From a virus (taxonomy: Duplodnaviria; Caudoviricetes): 64,000 nucleotides of DNA. The notes under the pieces are model-generated. The model saw only the letters and a list, made by a program, of their open reading frames with translations, had not been told where the DNA came from and made no database searches. Made by a program: the position numbers and the translations under genes. This document shows positions 59,701 through 64,000 of this stretch, one piece after another. Each line of letters starts with the position of its first letter. Within the stretch, counting starts at the first letter, position 1. Where the stretch lies: IMG/VR virus record IMGVR_UViG_3300037067_015039, positions 45,213-109,212 of that record. One strand, 5' to 3'.

Positions 59701-62700
59701 TGCGCAGGTTCTTTCTCTGCTGGTGGCTCAGGAATAATATCAAGAATGGTCGGTGGAATTGCCGGTGGCGTTGGTGGCACCACGAGTTCCTCTGTTATAG
59801 GAGGAGCCTTCTCGGACGGTGGGATAGTAATGGGTTCTGGAATTATTTCAGGTTCTAATGTTGGTGGCGGTCCAGGAACAGGCTCAATCACTTTTGGTGG
59901 CGCCGGTATTTCTGCTTCTTGCGGCTCAATAGTTTTGGGTGGAGGAGTAAGAGTTTCCCCTTTTCTTCCATCAATCGTCTCTTTAGCGATATCTTCAGCA
60001 GGACCAGTTAGAAATCGGAATTTTCCTTTTCCTTCCACCTGCTTTTTGAGAAGTTCCAATTGAACCCTTAAATGCTCAGGCTTAGAAACTACCGTCATGA
60101 ACTCTTCCCAGGCGTTCGTATCCGGGTTCCACTTTTCCGCTCGTAATCCAATTGAGGTCGCCGCGGATTTCGGATCCAGAATGCCCATAAGCTTATGTTC
60201 TTGGCCTTGTTCAACAGCCAGAAGAATATCGTCTTCTGTGAGCATATTGGGGTGATAGAAGAAGGTTCCCTTGCCTGGAATGTCGACATTATTTAATTGT
60301 GGGATTTCGGCAACCATTGAGAGGAAATCATTTATCAGATCGCGCCTTTGCCAATCTTGCAGCGTCGATTCTGGAACAAATACGACTTGGCGATTTCCAC
60401 TTCCAATCGTTTCTATTTGAGACAGAATAGTAGAAGGTCTTTCTGGAACAGTCTCTTCTGGCGTTTCAGGAGTAGGAGTAATCGTTTCAGGAGTAGGAGG
60501 AAGTGATTCAGGCTTTTCATACCGCGGCTCAAGTTTTCCTTCATCTTCGGCAGCAGCTTTTTCCCCTTTCATTTTCTTAAAAGCTGCTTCTGGGCTTTCC
60601 TCAATCCCATAGGCAAATCCAACCTTCATTTGATTGTCGCCAACGGTAAAGGGATTTTCTTCAAACCACTTTTGAGCCTTAGCCATCGCCGCATCAATTT
60701 CTTCCTTCGTGTCGGCTTTAGTAACGAAGTCGTCACCACCCAAGCGATATACAGGTATCCCGGATTGCATAAATCCCTGAGCGGCATGCTGTAGGTATCT
60801 ATCCCCCTCGTCCTGACCATAGACGTCGTTAATTTTCTTCATTTTGTCGAGGTCAAGTGATGCCACAAACTTTTTAAATGGAGCACGTTCCCATGCGGAG
60901 CGATTACGAAGTTGGGTGAGTTCATCCGTAAGGAGTTCCTTTTCAATTTCCTCTCGGGTCATCTGCGATACTTGTTTTCTGCGAATCAGGTTTTTTCTGC
61001 GATCCGGCTTGTCATCCCGAGACTTAGTTCTTCTCTCCTCGTCAGTTCTCCCTATAGGGAGTTCCTCTGATGGCCCCGTAGGAATTGCGGGTGCTGGTTC
61101 GGGCGCTGTAATAGGAACTGGCGGAGCTACTGGACCAACTGGGGGTGTCTCTGTGGTAGGTTCAACAGGGGGTGCCACCGGCGCGGCTTCAGCAGCAGGA
61201 GGAGGAGGAGGCGTTGGCAATGTTTCAGCAGGAGCCTTGGGTTTTTCTTCCGCAGTCTCAAGATCCTTTTCGGCTTTTTTTGCCTCAGCTACATTCCGAA
61301 TGGCAATTACTCCACCGGCTTCTGGAATGCTATCAATCTCTGCTTGTATCTTTTTTACTTCATCAGCAGCATAGGCAAAGCCTGTTTCGTCACCATTCGC
61401 TTGAGCGGTATCCCGGCGCTTAATCATCTCGAAGAGCTGTCTTCCAAGAGAATCCACACGCGGATCTCTTGTGCGCATAACCATAACCGCTTTAGATCCA
61501 GTCAGCTTTTCAAATTCCTCTACTTTGGCTTTAGCCTTTGATTCGGCTGCATCAATCTCATTTTCCAATTGCCGAATTACTTTGTTCTCCGCCTTTTCTG
61601 TGGCTTTAAGTAGATTGTTTATAACGTCAGGAGGAAGATTCGCTTCCTGTAAATTCTTAGCATAATTTAAACGCCGTTGCTGTACCGTACCTCTGATATA
61701 ACTTCTCGCCCTGGAAACTCCAATTGCAGAAGTAAAAGCAGAGAAAGCGGCGCCCGAAACACCACCAGCAATGCCTTGCCGGTTGTTTTCTTTCATATTC
61801 ATTGGTTCGCCCGTAAGACTACTGACGACCCAATCTTGCCCAATATTCTGCATCCACTCTTGCCCGAATTCTTCGAGGTATCCTTTTGCGGATCCAGATA
61901 ACATCCCCCGGGCCATTCTGTCTTTAATCCATCTTGTAGCCCATCCTCCACTGATTTTATCAAGTCTTGAAAGGCCACGTTCTATGGGCAATGCTTCCGT
62001 TGAACCCAACCCAACACCGGCAATAAAGGCGGCAAATAACTGTGTCGGATTAGCGCCAGCATTGTACGCCTCTTCATAGGTCGAACCTGCCTGGACAAGT
62101 GCGCCGGCTGCCATAGTAGTGGCTGCTGCTGGCAATCCCGCTTCTCCACCCATCATGCCCATAGCAATAAAGCCTATAGTAGATCCCAATCCTTGTGGAA
62201 TCATTGAAGCCCAGTATTCTTCTTGGAATTTTGGATTTACAGGGAGACTATCTTCAATCTTACGCTGAACCTCATTCGCCATTTTGAACAGAGTTGAATT
62301 TTCCAGCTTAGGCATTCCTTCTGGTTCAAGCCCTTGTTCCATTCGGCCTATATTTTCCATCTGCTGAGTAGATGCATCGATCAAATGAGGGATGGAGCCA
62401 ATAGTTTTCATAGCCATTGGGACTTGATCTGCAATGCCTTGGAAGAAAGAATTTACAGCATTTGACATGCGATCTTTAGGAATAGGAATTTTCCCTTCCT
62501 TCATCCTTTGCAAATTCAATTTGGCCATCTGTCCCGGTTTTACTTCTGGTGTAGTTTCCTTTACAGGCATTAATTTGCGATAAGGGGCTCCATTAATTAT
62601 TGTAATTTCGGGAATTGGCTGTCTTGCCTGTTGCAATGCCACTTCCTTAATCTCTTCTTCAGAAGTGATCTCAGTCGGCAAGGCTGGCGCAGTAGGCAAT

Positions 62701-63308
62701 TGCCCAGGAGTCGGCAACTCAACTTTAGCTTCCTCGATTTTCTGAGGTTTAAAAGCTGAAATTACTTTCTGTTCACGCTCTTTTATTATTTTGCTTCTTT
62801 GTTCCGGAGTCAGTTTCTTTAATTCCGGTGGCAATTGGAAAGTCTTTGCTTGTTCAATTGCTGCCGGAAGGTCGATTGCAACTTTTTCTAAAGGTGGTGG
62901 CGTTTGAAGTTCTTGCGCCGGGCTTGCTGGTGCGACTTCTTTTTTCTTTGGTTGAACAACCTTTTCGCCCATCCCCGAAGGAGGAGGAGGTAGACTTGGG
63001 GCGAATACTCCCTTGATAGTCCCAGTAATTTTCTCTAGAATCCCCGGCTCTTTGGGTTTAGCCGCCGCATCCTTGTCGGCATAATATTTCTGCCAGTATT
63101 TGTAATTTTGTTGGAGCGTTAAATCCTGAGATTCTTTATCAATCTTTTCAAAATCAGGATAAATAGTTTTAAGCAGATCCCGCCTTACCTCTAGATCTTC
63201 AATGCCATGGAAATTAGGATCAAGAACAAGGTCCCGTGGAGTTTTATATTTCTGTTTAAACTGATTTTGCCAGTTAAGATCAGTCTCAGGAGAGGGCACA
63301 TTAGGCAT
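50733..63308 (-). CDS. giant polyvalent (DarB-like) virion/ejection protein: GGDEF + amino-DNA methyltransferase + Strawberry-notch SF2 helicase (with intein) + zincin + LPD38-like C-terminus
   Basis: DELTQLRNR...DLDKMKKINDVYG..EGD...YRLGGDDF; QQFSTPP, LEPSAGTG, MNPPF; GDGTGVGKGR, DE|CH, QFFGRAHRSNQ; HEVGH...EGFAEY; IPFFNASIQ...IPVPKPF. Confidence 0.9.
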   Translation of the reverse strand: MPNVPSPETDLNWQNQFKQKYKTPRDLVLDPNFHGIEDLEVRRDLLKTIYPDFEKIDKESQDLTLQQNYKYWQKYYADKDAAAKPKEPGILEKITGTIKGVFAPSLPPPPSGMGEKVVQPKKKEVAPASPAQELQTPPPLEKVAIDLPAAIEQAKTFQLPPELKKLTPEQRSKIIKEREQKVISAFKPQKIEEAKVELPTPGQLPTAPALPTEITSEEEIKEVALQQARQPIPEITIINGAPYRKLMPVKETTPEVKPGQMAKLNLQRMKEGKIPIPKDRMSNAVNSFFQGIADQVPMAMKTIGSIPHLIDASTQQMENIGRMEQGLEPEGMPKLENSTLFKMANEVQRKIEDSLPVNPKFQEEYWASMIPQGLGSTIGFIAMGMMGGEAGLPAAATTMAAGALVQAGSTYEEAYNAGANPTQLFAAFIAGVGLGSTEALPIERGLSRLDKISGGWATRWIKDRMARGMLSGSAKGYLEEFGQEWMQNIGQDWVVSSLTGEPMNMKENNRQGIAGGVSGAAFSAFTSAIGVSRARSYIRGTVQQRRLNYAKNLQEANLPPDVINNLLKATEKAENKVIRQLENEIDAAESKAKAKVEEFEKLTGSKAVMVMRTRDPRVDSLGRQLFEMIKRRDTAQANGDETGFAYAADEVKKIQAEIDSIPEAGGVIAIRNVAEAKKAEKDLETAEEKPKAPAETLPTPPPPPAAEAAPVAPPVEPTTETPPVGPVAPPVPITAPEPAPAIPTGPSEELPIGRTDEERRTKSRDDKPDRRKNLIRRKQVSQMTREEIEKELLTDELTQLRNRSAWERAPFKKFVASLDLDKMKKINDVYGQDEGDRYLQHAAQGFMQSGIPVYRLGGDDFVTKADTKEEIDAAMAKAQKWFEENPFTVGDNQMKVGFAYGIEESPEAAFKKMKGEKAAAEDEGKLEPRYEKPESLPPTPETITPTPETPEETVPERPSTILSQIETIGSGNRQVVFVPESTLQDWQRRDLINDFLSMVAEIPQLNNVDIPGKGTFFYHPNMLTEDDILLAVEQGQEHKLMGILDPKSAATSIGLRAEKWNPDTNAWEEFMTVVSKPEHLRVQLELLKKQVEGKGKFRFLTGPAEDIAKETIDGRKGETLTPPPKTIEPQEAEIPAPPKVIEPVPGPPPTLEPEIIPEPITIPPSEKAPPITEELVVPPTPPAIPPTILDIIPEPPAEKEPAQPEEITRDQQFRDLLSKIKAALVNGAKFNNPMLQAMANESFGGARGQGKYTLRDMYDVFEGAVSEYIEESGMVDFNDPIATMARLEELQGRLAVQSDRTTEQIELQQFSTPPMQAFLTAYALGNPSSPLTALEPSAGTGMLATMMRIRGYQVRANEIDERRVTVLKLRGFPTSTVDALHLTTTGTSLSDYTPDVILMNPPFSAGPGKLHGMEFGARHVMNALQKLAPGGRLVAIVGEGMGHHRSKFNRWWNQVQAHYNVRADLGLKGQYYQKMGTTYDNRMIVIDKTGPTPGDTGAERSSKVLIAHQLSPAEALEKLSVIAGEDIYGRITRPSPIESIKAPPPIEGPVIGPAEPTTGTGSGSPGVTGGRPGVPSGDESRPGELGHVPESGERGPGGSLPGPPPIDIERKPTDAGEPETTPGLGGRPGAPTSGGPGDMAPIEVALDAQDKALGEEETDAYVKYKPKKAVYKGSKPHPAELIESATLGSVESPDIKVKINLPPEVISDGRLSDAQLETITYAVQRLGTTLPNGDTAGFWIGDGTGVGKGREIAGIIYHYLRETGQKKAVWISATQQLYEDAKRDIGGVGVPLSVIHQNESKFAKGAPIDSTEGILFTQYGTAASNWKSKRERFNQIIDWLQPAEAKEFDGVIVFDECFTYETLIKTDRGEIPIGEIVEKQLAVKVLSYNKECNRYEWKPVLRWLPRTINSSLVKITHEYGSFTCTPNHKIWNQKDRKYVLAGELSPGMFLLWQPENKKARQENQPPSFLQHELSKELLCTDESSADLRLVRDPVSTQCERIEAKATSKILQMEVSRSQENGDFGISRVVSIEILESGDIDRLQSRSAQDRIVYDLEVADNHNYFADGILVSNCHAMKNAVGTNQGGASTSATGTDRGEMGLLLARQFPKAKILYVSATGATLAHNMGYMNRLGLWGEGTAFADFDAFMNAMNTGGLGAMEMLSRDLKSLGAFISRQISYRGVNYDYVNHDLNEYQLEQYNKSASMWSKLIKQMEIAEGNANQKRGGTRYSQFYSTQQRFFLMLMTTYQMQSVLTHLDESLKNGMAPIINILSTNETLMKKEVAKAEAAGKSIEDIDIGPRQMIKSYIENWFPLEEMEDVPDPDNPQSTIQIATGEINQENLRMQEELLNELEYLNLPDNPMDMIANHLGGWGKVAEVSGRTERIEGNKLVRRKPAGKKPGETINNAELRRFQNGEADVLIITGAGSAGISAQAEKGIPTANKRRIMYCAQLSWSADQQMQFFGRAHRSNQVTPPIIMLVKTNVAGQQRLINAVSRRLASLGAVTQGNRESLGGSLFDIEDLTDGYGRTALMSLVHDLAHNNYEVKGDYGSGVDVLDAMGWLTPNKSLKPNVDTNVEGFLNRIMVLPVDVQNDVFNNFYGRYQAYLAVAKEQGTFDTGISKIRGSNIVITKEEVIYKDPNTHMETKFLEMEGDFKTEKLKWDNIPRSADLIGFVTNKRSGKISAAYNYVDPLTGNRKIDLRTVRFTKNRIEVKEFNENYKIVKGTPSDKAATPERLPGPPITALEQAKDLWEKEFAEIPETTRRPVYMVTGAVFPIHDKIIGDGQLHNLKIVRAVLADGSPVIGIQVKTNEIGPLKSRLGMGNDFTKESGLSIFTMVRDGATIELDNNWRIQMTPPIHGERRMEINLSRAYREAAVKTLKDQGAITEIIVGGESRRPRVFVPLDDVEGPKLLDKIFERNKPVRVIPTGTPSAPGGGGPTSAMSIGLNVEADGSRSMEVGRGDVPQSIEQARQAAEFWLKQAQESIDRILNGQGTLDDQMIVHQNPVIAKHLLNWIKTQDNTDWLNERIYVDKVGQEVSDHVSSEVDFDNTQAQAEAIHYFPYVEEMMDDLKRSQEGEEIPQPEEEPTSAMASSPGAPVLPAPPQTSGAPNYAPPPVINKKDLVRRNDILINLAKKLKVPIRYGRFRQRALGIFKINATAIRIKKAQDVAVAAHEVGHAINKILWGIHGKQLNWRPLAPHRVELEAIATKAYAGQSKLPEGFAEYIRYWITDPAQAAQLCPGVNLMFEGELARNPDLAGILKEAQRDYKRWLDQTSSAKILSHISVEEPVYDQMGWFEKIYTGMVNHLNPINEAVKIITKGRKIPMEDDPGKLAQALSGWAARAEHFLQVGTFGKNLDTLLGPGLKQILEPMKDRLDDLRITAIALRTLEKKGLQGIEVGITVQEAKESLQEQGFDLSTLTVGSTPTMLGHPSVPAFDVNSLKAATPEAQITKDTLLQLYKYQDQLLIYFRDCGMLSVDQYISIKLLNQFFVPFHRMYEAGAGEKTTESRAKAGSSMVDLWQPVKKMKGSWRPIIDPLESIIKNTYTLINVAERNLVGQALANLTKEDGSGRWVSGPLAAKVIPETFALDRIKNALSAAGVDLSDPNLNLDQLATIFVPNAIPSPKENIITVYFKGKPILYQLEPNLYNAIKGLDKDSIGILMKIAAIPASVLRMGATGINPEFASRNIARDMLTAWAQTNIGYIPGYHTLQGLGHVIMKDKDYQEWMRSGGPHSAMASMDRKEMSMALRDLMSGKMEYALRHPIDALRILSEISEAMTRVSIYTQTRKRGGSIREAGLASREGTLDFQRIGAWARGFNLTIPFFNASIQDVDKFVRVHKFNPKGALLKGAIFQAISILVYYLNKDDERYREAPWWLRDLFWLFPTKGIPGLSQATPWIPVPKPFSWGMFYATPAERLAEYIDTKDPTAFDNFIKNLISNITPGIVPTIAKTPFELMYNKNFFTNREIESDWMQKNYLPEYRSNWYTSEFANQTALLMAKMGIHVSPVKIEHAMFSTFGGSARLATKVILDPATNLISPPKGKTLPTTQLADVPLIRSIAVRFPHASLRSISKVYDLWTDINLKYRSRKQSRKEGNRFDLPPFTPQERKMYDELRYATERFKSINREIHRVIQDPKYSADEKRRRIDNAYMRMLATAQKSLKKLGIRKYKEESIGLQSPPDDTSGSLPEPPED
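57093..57740 (-). mobile_element. intein (216 aa) inserted in the helicase DExH motif
   Basis: N-terminal CFTYETLI; block B CTPNHKIW; C-terminal VYDLEVADNHNYFADGILVSN followed by Cys; splicing restores DECH. Confidence 0.92.
57101..57496 (-). pseudogene. out-of-frame nested ORF within the intein: Zn-finger repeats + truncated DUF559/Vsr-like endonuclease tail
   Basis: CFYCG...RFCSMNCRR...CVWCG..F...RFC, then DHRKTEILEYLGWSVLRFWNQEI; catalytic core not visible. Confidence 0.7.
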
Positions 63309-63318
63309 GGATTGTCCT

Positions 63319-64000
63319 CTAAGGAAGTTTGGCTACAGACGGTTTAGTTTTTGTTTTGGGCGGATTAAGTAAACTCTGCGCCGCGGCCGCTGTTCTATCT
63401 TTAGGCGTTCCAGTTGGCGCTGGTTTCTTTTTAACAATCTCCCGCAATTCGTCTCGAGTTAAACCGATATTGTTTTTTAGCCAGAGATTAGACTGAGCCA
63501 ATAATGCTTCATGAGCTTCGTCGGCTGTATCCATACCTTCTAATCTCGTCCCCAAATCAACTCGTGCCATTGCATCCGCATGGTTCAAAACATTCAAAGC
63601 TTGCGCCGGAGTCATATCTTTGCCGGCTGCTTTTGCCGCCTGAGCGTCCTTGAGGAACTTTGTCCGATCGGTGCGGTATTCTGCAAGCGCCGCATCACTC
63701 ACAACCTTGAAATTAGAAGATTTCAATTTGTTATCAAGGATTTTTTGTTCGCCTTTTCTTACTTCCAATATTGCGGCATTCTCATCCGTAATCTCAGGAT
63801 GGGTTGCCATGTAGGTTTTGACCTTCTCATCCAATTTAGCGCTGATTGCGGCTATTGTCGTGGGAGGTCCAGTTTCAATTGGTTCTCCTGGGACATATTG
63901 CCCTGTGTCTTCGTCGTAATTATAGACATGCTTCCGCCATTTCCCATCAGGCCCCTTAAAGGGCTGCTGATCAATAATCGGCTTGATAGGAGTTCCAAGA
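63319..64000 (-). CDS. probable virion/ejection protein (5'-truncated by the window edge)
   Basis: Frame is open to the window edge; lies directly upstream of the giant gene. Confidence 0.6.
   Translation of the reverse strand, partial: LGTPIKPIIDQQPFKGPDGKWRKHVYNYDEDTGQYVPGEPIETGPPTTIAAISAKLDEKVKTYMATHPEITDENAAILEVRKGEQKILDNKLKSSNFKVVSDAALAEYRTDRTKFLKDAQAAKAAGKDMTPAQALNVLNHADAMARVDLGTRLEGMDTADEAHEALLAQSNLWLKNNIGLTRDELREIVKKKPAPTGTPKDRTAAAAQSLLNPPKTKTKPSVAKLP

Noticed and set aside
50733-63308. N4-like virion RNA polymerase
   Set aside because: No RNA polymerase catalytic motifs seen; the domains are methyltransferase, helicase, peptidase and GGDEF.
1-64000. Diversity-generating retroelement, retron or alternative genetic code
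   Set aside because: No reverse transcriptase or TR/VR pair noticed; genes are intact and densely packed under the standard code, using all three stop codons.

Overview
A 64 kb segment of a large tailed dsDNA phage or prophage; no terminase large subunit, portal or capsid gene is recognisable here. Layout: (i) 1-19955, minus strand: many short accessory genes, including a J-domain/pseudokinase + vWA + divergent adenylosuccinate-synthetase cassette, EndoVII, a DUF5131 radical-SAM protein, RusA, an HD (Mesh1-like) hydrolase, dUTPase, a Mom-family DNA modifier and HTH regulators. (ii) About 19.0-21.9 kb: a divergent control region with an abrupt switch in strand composition, plus an HU-like gene. 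(iii) 21868-29125, plus strand: early-type small genes (RadC, beta-clamp-like and others), seven of whose junctions carry a conserved, covarying structured RNA-like element. (iv) A short tyrosine recombinase, a tRNA(CAT)-like gene with a shrunken D arm, and a kinase/methyltransferase/glycosyltransferase cluster. (v) Minus strand: replication and recombination genes (DnaB, DnaC-like loader, initiator with iterons, SSB, SbcCD). (vi) Lysis and membrane genes. (vii) A 4191-aa polyvalent virion protein (GGDEF, DNA methyltransferase, Strawberry-notch helicase with an intein, zincin, LPD38-like). The strongest candidate for an undescribed system is the sevenfold stop-codon-to-RBS structured element. 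Next are a dispersed 15-bp palindrome, an intein carrying an out-of-frame nested nuclease ORF, and the PurA-like/vWA/pseudokinase cassette. All family assignments come from motif recognition by eye, not database searches.
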